From: Phoronis australis
Lineage: Eukaryota > Animalia > Phoronida
NCBI GenBank assembly: GCA_002633005.1
Contig: NMRA01000016.1
Span: forward strand, 462,300 to 526,299
Direction: 5' to 3'
DNA: 64,000 nucleotides
Under the pieces are notes generated by a model. The model did no database searches. It was not told the origin of the DNA and was given only the letters and a program-made list of their open reading frames with translations. The position numbers and the translations under genes are program-made. Numbering within the stretch: position 1 is the stretch's first letter; every line of letters begins with the position of its first letter. Of the stretch, positions 40,901 through 53,100 are shown one piece after another.

Positions 40901-43900
40901 CGTTATCGGTATCGTACCGATTTCAAATACTGGTACCAGACCCTAGTAAAGGGATTTGTTTTTAAATAGTTACGCGCGCAAAATGTCTAATAGCTGTCAG
41001 TATAGTGGTTAACGAAATTGTAAAGGAATTTGGAGAAGGAATGGGAAATGTCGTTTTCTTAATGCGGATTTAAGGTATAAAGGCACTGCACCTTGAGAAC
41101 CGTAGCTATAGAGAGAATTGGTACTTCCATACTTGGAATGTTCCAAAAAATTTTAAAGTGTTACGCGGTTGTATTATTTAAGTTTTACCTTCTGTTCTGA
41201 TTGTCGGTTGGCTACTTTATGGTTGGAAATATTAACTGTGTGAACAAAGACATTTACATTTGTGAATAGCACCTTTGCTCTCCATGAGGCTGCGTTTTAT
41301 ACTTATTTTTATTCTTAATATAGCATTTCTTGTCTCGACAGCGTAGATTTACATTGATATAAATTTCTTTGTTGAAAGCCATTCTGCGTTTGAACTGAAT
41401 TCAAACGAACACACTTACGAACTTTTACACAAAGTTTCTGTCAAATTCGGTTCTACTTTCTAGTGTCACATTCACCTTTTCAGTAACCTGGAGTTCATGA
41501 AGGACTGGCCCCTGGACCAATTACTAGAACACCCGGAGATGTGTCTAATTCATTTCTACAAGTTAGTAGACTACATATTTTAGTCATTTGTTTTGTCTTC
41601 AAATGATGAATTCTTAAAGTGTTACTTGCAAAGTATTCAATATTTGCGAGTCCAGTGAATGGAATCTATTAAAACAATGCTAATAAATGGAAAAATATGA
41701 AAACCCCAAAGATCAGTCGATCGGATTTTTAAAACTATTCTCTCAGCCGATTCGCTGAAAATAGGAGACAGCAGAATTGTGCATCATCAGCCGATACAAA
41801 CACCAAGCAGACGATGTGAGTGAACTTTTTGTACGAGTATACATGAAATAACTCCGTTAGTAGATCCTGAGGAGTACGAAGTCGAAGTCAGACGGTATCG
41901 GACCGCGTTGTGAGTCTATTTCTTCCCTGACACGCTATTAAACAACCACTTCTAGAGATAATTGTTGTCTTCTTGTGACGTAATAGGAGATCACGAGAAA
42001 AATTTCCTGTTCATTTTACCGTAGGTTGACACATAAATTAACAATTAATTGATGATTATGATTCAGTTTTGGTTTTAACTAAATAGTAAACAACATTCTG
42101 ACTTAAAGGCGACGTGTTATTGCAGGAAAAATGTCGTTATTGCTCAAGACAGCACCAAGTCAGATTGGATCTACATTATCAAGTCTGTAAGTAGTACAAG
42201 TACCGACACATTCACTCGAATTCTGTACCTCAAAGGTGATTAGGTAATAACGGGTATAATTAACTCCCCACTTTCGCCCGTTCCTAACAATGTTGTTTGA
42301 TAGATTTGCAAAGCGCAAGGACGTATCAAAATCTACTTCTCAATGTATCACGATAGCCCTACGTTGCAGTTCTTAGGGGTTTATTAACTGAAAGGTGGGC
42401 GTATTAAATTGATATCATGTACTCGAGACAGGACGTTAATGAGGTACTTGTCGACGAGATCAAAGTCGTAAGTCTGGTCGTAGCTAAGACGGTCGTAGGC
42501 GCGTTTTTCAATGGTGACTCGCAGCATTTAAAGAGCGAAACGTTGTAACGGACATCAGCCTGTCAATAGCTTACATTCAAGCTGAGTAAACACTTTTCAT
42601 AAACTATGTTAATGTCTTTAGAAGTTCGATACGACTGTAGCTAAGTCCTGTCGCACGACCTTTGATAAAACGGGTTCTTTAGCTTCAACAAATGACTATT
42701 TTGACACTGTTAATGTGACTCATATTCCCTAAAACATGCATGATAGCTAATGATTATTTTGTGTCGACAGGGGACATGTCAAGTTATGAAGCAGCTGAGA
42801 AGTGTCAAGCCCAACATTAAAAAGATGACGCGTACGATGAAAGATGAAACACTTCGCCTACCGAAACTGGGGACTGGTGAACAAAGTTAGTCATCAAGCT
42901 AGTAAATACCTTGTTGAACATGTCAGTGTATGGGTTACCAATCCATAAGTCACGTGACGGAAGAAAACAGGATAAACTTTCAACCGAAAGTCAATTCTTT
43001 TCTAGTATTTATTAAACAGAGTAAAACAGACCAGCGAATGTGTTGGTGAAACTATTAGAATATTACCAACTCCTCTGGTATCACATTATTTTGTATGTTT
43101 GACGATTTATTAAAAGTCGACGAAGCCGCTTCGTTTACTTTAATCTTGATTTATTTGATAAATTGTCAGTTTTGTCCAATGCGGCACGTAAGCTTGTATC
43201 GGGTCTGTAACCTCCATGTGTTTCCCTCATTATTTGAGTAACCTCAACAGGCACAAATATCTACAATGCACTTGCGTGCTTTATTACCTGCATAGTACAT
43301 ATTTTAAATCGATTAGTAGTCCACTCGTTCCGTCCAAAAGAAAACTTGATTTACAATGCCTACCTTTGTAAAATTCGTCTCAACTAGTTGGTCCTTAATC
43401 ATATGCGAAGGAATTTCGAAATTTGCTAGTACGTGGCTTGTCATTGTTCCTTGATACTGTGTTCGCTGCAAAAATAGACACGCCACGACAAGTCAACATG
43501 TGGAACCTGGTTTCAAGCAATAACTCGTGTACTTATCACTTATTTCCAAGCCTTGAAATTAGTCCAAATTTTAGTTACCAACAATTTAAGACCTATTTAA
43601 CGACGGTGACTGGTCTAAATCATCAGTTGGTGTTTGTGAAGGAAGACCTTTTTTGAATTCTTCCAGGTCCGAGAATCGATACGCGAAAAACACGACCTTT
43701 ACGACCTATGATCATGACGCCTGGTATCCCGAAGCGATCTAAAACACAATTATCCGAACAGTTCGGAGTCAAGGTGCGTATCGTGCAGAGTATCTCTTCT
43801 TCAAATATCAATTTCATCAAATGTTGTGTCGACAAAATTGAATATAACTATTTACCTCTTCTCACCCGCTCCATATTTCATCCCCACCATCTTCGTGACA

Positions 43901-46900
43901 CTTTCCCGTTACTTCGACGTCTGGTAGCCACGTGTTAGGACAGTCCTGATTTGACGAATGTCCTGGCAATACATAAACCATAGAAATATCAACTTTTAAA
44001 ATTGCATTTCCTTCTGTAGTACTGTCAGAAAAAAACATACAAACAAACTAGGTGGTTTACTCCTGCAAATTCTGTAGGCAAATTTTCTATTGCAATTTTA
44101 TGCCTTTATGTCCGTTGCCAAAAAGAACACTTCAGATTCTCAATTCGAACTGAATGTTCAAACTTATGACACACGTATAATGGCAGGAAATTGTTTAGTC
44201 ATTTTACGGAGTCGTAAGTGACAAGGAAATGCAACTTTGAGTGATTTTAATAATAATGATTCTAGATTCTTCTAATAGCACAAAGCTGCCTTGACAATTC
44301 AACTCGCCTTTCACGTCTTCCAGTTGTAACTTCGTCGTCAAACCTTGCCTCTGAATACGTTTGTTACTTTGTTGTCACAATGTGGTTAGCACGACTTGTC
44401 TACGTACGTCGTCTACGTACATCGTGTACCGAAGTACTGGATATCGTAGACAGATGCCTGTTATCTGTTCTTTTCTTATGTTTAGAGTTGAAAAGTGAAA
44501 AGACGTAATACTTGGGGTCGGATTTAACAAAAACACTACCCTTTCCGCATCATTCTAGATAAAACTTCATGACGAATTTGAAACCAACCAATTTCGACAA
44601 ATCTCCCCAAATCATGGAAACAAAATTTAAATGAAACTCACAGTAAAAACGCACATATGAAATGTTCTCTATTTTAGTTAGGTTTTGACAGATAAAATTT
44701 ATGTTGTGAAAACGAAGGAACGGTACTATTAAACTTTTGCTGATGCTCTCATAAAAACAACGGATGGAAAAAGCATGCACCAGTTGTTTTGCGTCTTTTC
44801 ACTTCACCTTTTGCTCCTGTGTTTCCGTTAAAACTTGGTGACGGCTTTTGAAGTTCTTTATTGCTTGCGAGTTCCGGAGATTGTCAATAGAATGCCTTCT
44901 GACAAACGAAACTTTACTACTGTCTACCACTGTAAGTCAATTGTTGTCAGGTATCAAACTTTGTGAACATTCTCTTGCGTTTCATAAAATAACGTTTAAG
45001 GGTTCCTTATCCTAATATAAAAGTGCACATTTTCTGAATTCTCCCCCAAAACGAACCCGAATCCGTGTGTTGAAATGTTAAAAAGTTATTCGGGGGCCAT
45101 GCGACCCTTTGTTGCTTGTGAAAATGAATTCATGTTTCAACCATAGTGTACCTTTTTGCTGTCTTTACGTAGCGCACAAAGCAAGTCTCCTTCTTTCAAT
45201 AAAAGTTAATGATAAAATTATCACGCAAAATGCATAACGGCGCAATGTTTTTGACGGCAGAAATCTGAATTAATATCGGTCACTACTAAGTATAGTTTAA
45301 GGTACGGATTTATGATGAAAAATTTACAAATTAAAGTATTTACCTTTGTGAACTGCAAATCATAACTAAAAGCCGTTCCATGAAAAGTGAGTGATGTTCA
45401 CAAACGTCAACAGTTTCAAAATTCTCGACATCTCCGGTATTCACGTCGAACCCTTGCATGCTTCTCCCCTCCTCTGTCTCCAGCTTTTTTTCTGAATCCA
45501 CTTTAGGGGAGCGTAATAGATCGTCTTACGAACCTGCACCACGATGCAATCTTAGATAGTCTTGCCATCCTCCATACGGAGAAAGGTTTGAAGACTTCAG
45601 CCGATGAAGCTCCGACTAATTTCTGCGAGAGACGCTTTCAGCTTCAGGCATTCCCAGAGCCGGCGTCTAAGCAAGTAGCTCCGGGATTTTCAAAAAGTGG
45701 CTTTGAAAAGTTCCCTACTATAGGAACACAATTTTCAAACCACATGGTAAGTCGGTGTGATGTCTGTTCCCTTCTCACGCTCTCCTCATCAACTAGCCTG
45801 AACTAACAAGCTTAATTTTAGTTCTGGTGATCAAATTTCTACTAATTGTCCATGGTCTTACATGAAGTCTACATGCGTTGATCTAACGACAAGAGACATC
45901 AAAATCTTAAATACACATCACCGTCAATAGTTTCAAAGGGGCAAAATTGCATTTATTGTATAAACCGTGTTTTTATTTTCAGTTTTTCCTGAGGTTGGCC
46001 TACACCAAAACATGATGCATGTTCCACGATTTAATGTCTTGAGAAATAAATTCTTACAAAAAACCACGGTACATTTGTTTGGTCATTTCTTTTTTGAACA
46101 ACAATGTTCATTGTTATCTGGGAAGAGGACATCCCATGTTAAGTGGTAATGGCGAAATTAATTGTAATTGTAGAATCGTGTGCGCCCCGTATAAATTCTT
46201 ACTTCCTACTGACATAAAAAGACACCGTAACTTCATCAAAAATTATCATATACACTGTGTAATGCTGGTGGTCCGGGAATTTTACTATGTTGCTTACAAG
46301 ATATAATTTCTGAGTTAAACACCCTTTCTAGTTCCTGACGCCCGGACACCCTCAAGTCTCCATGGAACTGGACGCGCCCAAAAAGAGCCAGCCCAAACTG
46401 GCGGTGAAATTTCTTAACTCTGCAGCTGACAACGGGGCCCAGGACGAAAAGCCCAAATTCGCAAAACTGCTGGCGAACAAATGGTTGGCGAAAAGTAAGG
46501 GCTTGCCGATACCTGACGAAGAGGATATCAAGAAAAAGGAAGAGTTGCGCCGCGGGGAATCGGTTTTTGTTCAAGTGGAGCTACTCAAGCCACGGGACGT
46601 CTTCGTGAGTATAACCTTACCGCACACATGTGCGCGCATTTGCATCTACTGTGTATGCACCTGCATGTACGCGAAATTTTGCCTGTGTCTTTATGTGAAA
46701 CGCCCCGGGAGATCACCACTCATATTGACAAGGTGCCCGTGTACCAAAAATTGCTGAGAGACCCTCTATTGTGGGTGCCCCTTCTGCGCGGTAGATTTTT
46801 CTGTAGAAAGACGGCCGATGAACAGTTTGCGGGCTAAGGCCAATGCAGTGGCCTTTTGCGGAGGCTAAATGGAAATTTAGTGGCTTAGTGGAGCCCGCGC

Positions 46901-47637
46901 GGGTCCCGTAAAATTTTCTGAAAAAGTACCGCCTATCCGCAAATTTTGGTACACGCCTGCGGGCACCTTGTCAATATGAGTGACCTTCCGGTTGAAACAC
47001 GTGGGTAAAACCGGGTTGCATTTCGTAGACGCAGGACAGTTGCGGAACACTGGAGGTACAAACCTTCGATTATGTAAAGTAGACAAAATTCTTTAATTCA
47101 ACATTTCGACTCGACGACCAGTCATGTCATAGTCAGTGCCGGCTAATTTGCTAGAGTAGGCTAGTAAAATCCTGGGGTGCGTTCCGTAGACGTGAGGTAC
47201 TCGCGTAAAAGCAAGAACACGCAAAATTATGCGAGTGAAAGGTGAGTGCTCCGCGAGTCTTGGGAGATTACCAGCGTATCATAGCAAAATGGCAGCCAAA
47301 TGATTGGTCATTGAGGCTTAGGTATTAATCGATTGCTTATGAATTCCAACTCTTACAGGGCCTGACAGCCATGAAGTTCGACGACTACCTGGATATCCAG
47401 ACGACTAAAGTAAGCCTGGTGAGCCGTGGCGCAGAGTGTATCATGCTCAGTAAAAAGTTCTTTATCCACCACGCCACAGACCGGGTGAAGGAAAACATTA
47501 AGAACTTAGTGCGCAAATACCCGTCCGAGAAAAAGTTGCAGCAAAACCTCCAGCTCACCGAGGACTGGGCCTACTATAAAAATAAGATGTTGAACGATAT
47601 CACGGACAGGATGAGAACCCGGTCTGGGCTCACGTAG
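28353..47637 (+). CDS. Cyclic nucleotide-binding domain-containing protein (CNBD2-like; one canonical and one degenerate CNBD), spliced
   Basis: Core exons 36089-36162, 36751-36889, 37325-37488, 37694-37856, 39810-39961, 41484-41561, 42126-42186, 42771-42876 (alternative donor 42886), 43667-43773, 45507-45746, 46332-46604, 47359-47637 join in frame. CNBD-A: RVIIRQGHTAENFYFILSG...SFGELALLHHAKRAATV. CNBD-B: FMKDWP...VIAQDSTKSDWIYIIKSGTCQV...VQVELLKPRDVFGL...SLVSRGAECIMLSKKFF. The 5' end is ambiguous (three candidate N-terminal exons listed separately). Confidence 0.88.
30836..31582 (+). CDS. Candidate N-terminal coding exon B of the CNBD gene (acidic then strongly basic, Ser/Gly-rich)
   Basis: MSQLSKSWSGGQFRLPPI...FNLRPDFD, 249 open codons, in-frame TGA just upstream (30809-30811), consensus phase-0 donor C/GTAAGT at 31582. 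Confidence 0.72.
31793..31852 (-). mobile_element. Degenerate tRNA-like head (SINE or tRNA pseudogene)
   Basis: Minus strand TAGCTCAGCGG (A box) and GTTCGATTCC (B box); too short and mispaired for a functional tRNA. Confidence 0.45.
32911..33333 (+). CDS. Candidate N-terminal coding exon C of the CNBD gene
   Basis: MSFQVIPPSPSL...LCFKLPGQ, 141 codons from AAGATG, phase-0 donor A/GTACGT at 33333, acceptor ttacag at 32866. Confidence 0.68.
35501..35655. repeat. Repeat family R3, copy 3
   Basis: CGTTCAGTAACGCTAGGACCT...AGGTCCTAGCGTCTACTGAACG. More diverged relatives start with GGGGTGCGTTCCGTAG at about 6199 and 47174. Confidence 0.8.
35772..35959. repeat. Palindromic AT-rich MITE-like element
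   Basis: CCCAAAGATG / CATCTTTGGG ends; inner IR AAAAAATCACTTTTCTC / GAGAAAAGTGATTTTTT; repeated TTTTCTCCGCAG. Confidence 0.65.
36251..36533. mobile_element. Harbinger/Tourist-like MITE
   Basis: TGGTCTATTCCATGAAAAGTGAC / GTCACTTTCATGAAACGGACCC imperfect TIR, CAG on both flanks. Confidence 0.62.
46660..47035. mobile_element. GC-rich long-TIR element in the last CNBD intron
   Basis: Perfect 23-bp IR CACTCATATTGACAAGGTGCCCG (46717-46739) / 46960-46982, extended by GTGTACCAAAA / TTTTGGTACAC. Confidence 0.75.
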
Positions 47638-50130
47638 CAGGAAATGAGAGTCTTTGTTTTCAATAAGCATTAAGGCATGCGCAGACGGAGAGCTACGGAC
47701 CGAGCTGGCAGCCTCATGTGAAAAATTGCTGAGCACTGAGATAGCGCAATTCATGGAGTGGAAATACGACAACAGTTGAATGAACCAGTTGCTGGTTCTC
47801 GCCATGACTTGATCTGTCATCTCCAGCTCTAATGTCTATCGACATTTACGCAGAAGCAAAATCGGAGGCATCCGGGATTGTGCTGTCATTTACTTGCAGG
47901 AGGAATTTGATTTCCTTCAACACGCTTTGTCCTCAGAAGCAGGTGAAAGTATCTCGTCCTTTCCGACACCATGTCGTTTTCCAAATCGACAGTAATCTAG
48001 TGTTCGGTAGACTCAAGACACTCGCGAAGCCCTGGAGGCGAAAAATCTTCGCTTATTGAAGGGAAACAATAATTTTTTCCCACAGTTCAACACCTCCAAT
48101 TCACCGACCAATCATTTCAGACGTCGCCATGTCTAAACCCAATTCACATGTATTGAAATGTTGTTTAGGTGATGTTTAAATGGCGTTTTGAATTAAAATT
48201 TTGAAACACACGGTGTTCGTTGGATAGGGTGCATTGTAAAGTTTAAGCCAACATGTTATAGTGATAAGGTATAGGAACTTGAAAAGCAGACTGATAACAG
48301 GAAAACTTGTTATTGAATTGAAACACATTGTTTAAATTAAATGCAACATCTCCAAAAACATAAAAAGTCCTCCAATAAAAGTATGCACTGAAAGTGCAAG
48401 AGTGAAATGGATGTGAGTTATAAATAATATTATAATTAAATAAAATAAATTATTTTTTGTACAACTGCCTCGCATTCTTATCATACCAAGGACAGAACAA
48501 GAAAAACATCCACTAGAAGAGACACAGTCTACTTGTGAGGTGCTACAGTAGGAGACAAAAGTAATCAGACAAAAGTAATCAGACAAAATATCATTTCCCT
48601 GTCCTGACAGCTAATTATGTTAACAAGAAAAATGACTGTTTATAACCATCCTCAGGGCAAACTTCAAATTACAGAGTGGCTTAGCCACCATACTAAATTT
48701 CCTGATAATTCCCCTTCATTCTTGGCCATCAGGGGAGATAACTCTGACGGTGAATTGAGCTTTCATTCAAACACCATGAATGGGAATGTGGATCCTTTCA
48801 TCTGAACACTTTTGGCCTGTACTGCACTTAAAGATTACTCATTAATGACCAATAAATAACAGTAGTACAACCAGCGAGTAATACCAGTGGGGTCACATAT
48901 TGAATTCAATGTAAATGCTGAGCCATACTTGCATAAATAACGGGACACAAATGTGGTAGATTTTGTGAACATGCGAACCCTTCCATCGAAAATAGTGCAA
49001 ATTTTTCCATGCCATTTTCTGTCGTTATCCATATCAGGCTTAACAGCCAGGATACCGTCACACCAAAACATTATTGACTTAGTGCAAACGTGGCCGCCAA
49101 TTACTTGCTAAGTTTCTTGACGACTTTTTCTGAGGTTATTTCCACAAAACACCCTCCGACTTCAGGTTGACCATGAATCAGGAGTAACAGCGAATCACAT
49201 GTCATGGTATACACAAAACATTAAACACATTATTCTGCTTCACATTCAATAAAAATTCACACGAAACGAATTGTTACACACACCATATTAATATACTTAG
49301 GTAAACCATATTCAAGAAAATATCTCACCAAATAATGCTTTTTTAACATGATCTAATTCTTCAATATAAAACAACGTATTAAAACATTTTCAAGTTGATA
49401 TTTTGAATTTCTGGCCATTAGCTATAAACTGGGGGACAAGTGGATACACACGAGTCCAAAATTCACTTTTGAAAATTGAGTAAATTTTGGTAATAGTCCT
49501 TCATTCAAACACGTGGTGTTGAAAATTTGACAAGACTGAATGCTATCTACGGATGCACAACAAACTCAAGTTTGTGCACAACACAACCCATCAAATCTTC
49601 AAACAAGGAGTTAAAGTAACACAAGTACATACGAAGTTGAAAGTTATGATACTGATTCAAAAGAAAGGAAAGTTACAGTCAAATTATCCTCAGTGATGCA
49701 CTGATTTCATGTCCTTTGCGTTGAACAAACTGCATTTTTTTCGTATGCGTCTGGTTTCAATGTTCGCACGTAAATCATTTACTGGTACTCAGAGATATGT
49801 ACAGTACACGACAAAGGTTACACGACAAAAATCCACTTCGGATCCTCATCACTCCCGCGACTCTGACAAGAATTCCACTAGCACTCAGCTATCCTGATGG
49901 GTAATGCAGGCTGCCCTCAGTCACCATGAGGGGGAACTCACTTCCAACTGTAACTTTATCCTCTGTCAGTAAATAGCAGGTATGTGCACGTGTATTTTAC
50001 CCACAGTTGCACCCCTCCAACACGTTGATCCCCTTCGTTAGTGCGTAACAGGAACCTCTGCGTAAACTGTACCCGTACTAGTTCGATCCGATACAGCAGG
50101 GATGTTACTACACAAGTCACTTGGTAGAGA

Positions 50131-53100
50131 CTACTTGGTGACTGGCAAGCCTTCCTTTGCCAACTTCTCCACAACAACAGGTAGCTTCTCCAGCTTGTTT
50201 CTGACACTGATAGGCAGTCGATCACTGTGGCCGTACCTGGGTAAACATGGTATATTACTGAGACGGGATGACTACAGTCTCTCAAGATTTGTACAAAATT
50301 GATTTCGGCAGAGCGGATTCTTTTTCTGAACTTTTACATTAAGAATTGGGATGCTTGACATTAGATTAAAATGTTGCCTTGAGTAAGATTTTCAACTCAC
50401 AAAATTCAGCACTTTTCGTAAATTAAAACTTTGTTTTGATAATCCATTCTATTTAGCAAGAATTAGAACTTACGCTATTCACACTCAGTGCTAAAAATTA
50501 ACTAACCTCTGGAGCATTACTTTGAAATCAAAAGAAGCCGGTCGCGTCAGAAATAATAAAGTCCAAGAATTCTTTAGAAGTTTAATCTTAATAAAAGCTT
50601 GAGATTATAACAAATGAAGCACGTCAAGAGCCGAACTCATTCCCAAACAAAACTCAAACCAGGAACCATATTCAACACGTGCGCACGCTGTTGATCTTTC
50701 ACCCACCTGTGTACTTTCCCCGATGACTCCACATACTTGACCGTCGTCTTGGCAGAGTGCATACCCAATTCTGACCCGTCGTTAAACTGAACCCACACAG
50801 TACCGTTTGACAGCTGGAAATGAACCACAAACGGTAGTTAGTAAAACGATGTCACGAGAATCGAATATTCACCGATGCAAACTACAAGCAATTTGCTCAA
50901 TGATAACAAAACACACCCCAATGGGAGGTACTGTAAGAACAGCGTGTGCAGCAGTGTTAAGTCGCATGAATCGAGAAAGCGTTCACTTACAACTATGAGT
51001 GTCTCTCTATTCCAGACAAAGCACACAGAATGCTAATAAATTCGTTAAAGACAAGACTAGACTTTTTGTTAGCGAGCTTAATGCTGGTAGGTTCGTAATT
51101 TCGGAACAGTCTCTTTTCTTCTGGTGTGCAGGTAGGAAGTAAAAGACCGAGAGACATAACGGTGTTTAACTTCATACCTGCACACCAGAAGAAAGGAGAC
51201 TGTTCCGAAATTACGAACAAATCAGTATCAAGCTCGCTAACAAAAAGTCTAGTCGTGTTTTTAACGAAGTTTGTGTAAACGAAGGGCTACTACTGAACTA
51301 TAATGCTAATAACAAATAAGATAGAACGAGAGAATCAATGGATATAAAGAAAGCGGACTACCCAAGTTAAGACAAAGATTCTAGTACACTGGTAACAAAG
51401 TAAAGAACTGAGACAATAACAATTACACTCTCTAACACTGAAGGTTGAAATCTGCGGCATCTCAAGTACACCTGAGAATGGGGTCTAACCTTTGTACTTG
51501 AAATTCTGTTCTACTTTTGTACGAACTCAACTTACGTGACTTAGACTGATCTCGAGTACAGTATGGTCCATGCATACGCGTTTCTAGTCCAAGTTTGCAA
51601 TTATAACCCCTATATTAGTGTTGAAAACTCTAGATATTGAGTAAACACAGCCTTGTTCAGTGGCTTGAGCTCCGGACTCCCGTTCGGCAGACCCGGGTTC
51701 AAATCCTGGCTTTACTGGTAGACAAACAAGCATTGCACAAAAAGTGTCTCCTACTCCTCTGAGCTCGGTCTTATTAGTGAGTGAGTGAATGTATGCAAGG
51801 GAATGAATGAGAAAAAATTAAGAATACTCAACTTCCAGTGTGACGTATACAGAAGAGAAAGAAAGGAAGAAAGAAAAAAAGAAAGAAAGAAAAATTTCGA
51901 GTTCAGAATTGAACTTTTAGCTTTAATTCTGGGGTCCCGAAGTGCAAGCTAAGATTAAAAAGTTATCCACATAAGCCATAATGTAGTTGAGCATAGAATA
52001 ATATACACTCATCTTGAGTTTGGACAAAAGCAGTCTTAAGGGTAGAAAACGATAAACAAAATTTTAAGTTCAATTTCGAACAAAAACCTTACACCCTGGT
52101 GTTAGCAATAAGACGTGGCTTGAACTGAAAATTTTACAAAATTTTACAAAATTTTACCTGTGAGGCCCAGCCTATGTTCTGTACAAACACTTTACGTATT
52201 GCCGTTCCATCCCGAGGAGAGGGAGAGCTGACCTGCTTGACTGAACTGGCGAGATGAGGTTGTGACGGTTTCATTTCACTACGGTTTGTATTCAAAGAAA
52301 ACTGTTGTTGACCACTGGAAGGATACGTGTGCACATATTCAGACGTCCTCTGACTTGACGGTGACGTTGATTTGTAATCAGGATTGTACTGACGGAGTCT
52401 GTTACAAGGGTGTGAAAGTCTCTCAGCTACTTGATCCCGTGATGAGTGATCATCGGGCACAACTTCTGTTCTGTGACTGGAGTGTGCTTGTCTATTGGCC
52501 AAGTGGGCGGTTCTGTCAAATCTGTCAACAGATGATTGACTGGTGGGTGTGAAACCAGCTGACCTGTGATGTGAGGTCACTGGAGCAATAGATTGCTGTG
52601 TCGTGGTCGTCGCTGTCTCCAGTGTTCTGTGACGCGAATGAGCTTGATGTTGATTGGTTGAGAAATGGGTCGCTTCAGCCTCTGACATGTGTCGTGATAT
52701 TGTGGACGAATCTTTAGTAACACTTCCGTGGCCATTCTGAAGGAAATAATTTATCATACATAAATAAAACCATGATCATTTGTCCACTCAGCTACATAAT
52801 GAGAAAAGTGTTTGGCATACGATTAATGTCCGAAACAGACAAGTCACTCAATCTAATCTTTAAATGCGTTTAAGATTATGTTAAAAAACTTTTTCTACAG
52901 TCTCAGGAGCAAATTGGAAGAACAGTTCTGACTTGTTTCTTTTAATTGTCAATATCACAGTGCCCGAGTTTGTCAAGACTTAGGTGCACTCAAAATGAAA
53001 GGAAAAGACATCTTTTCTACAAGTACTCATTTTCTACGCAGTACGCGCCTTAAAGTTGCAAATTCTTCACAGTTGTTAGGGCCCACTGCATGCGAACACA

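Noticed and set aside
45481-45506. Upstream acceptor at 45483 for the 240-bp CNBD exon
   Set aside because: Gives CTT TTT TTC TGA (stop) in the required phase; the acceptor at 45506 keeps the frame open.
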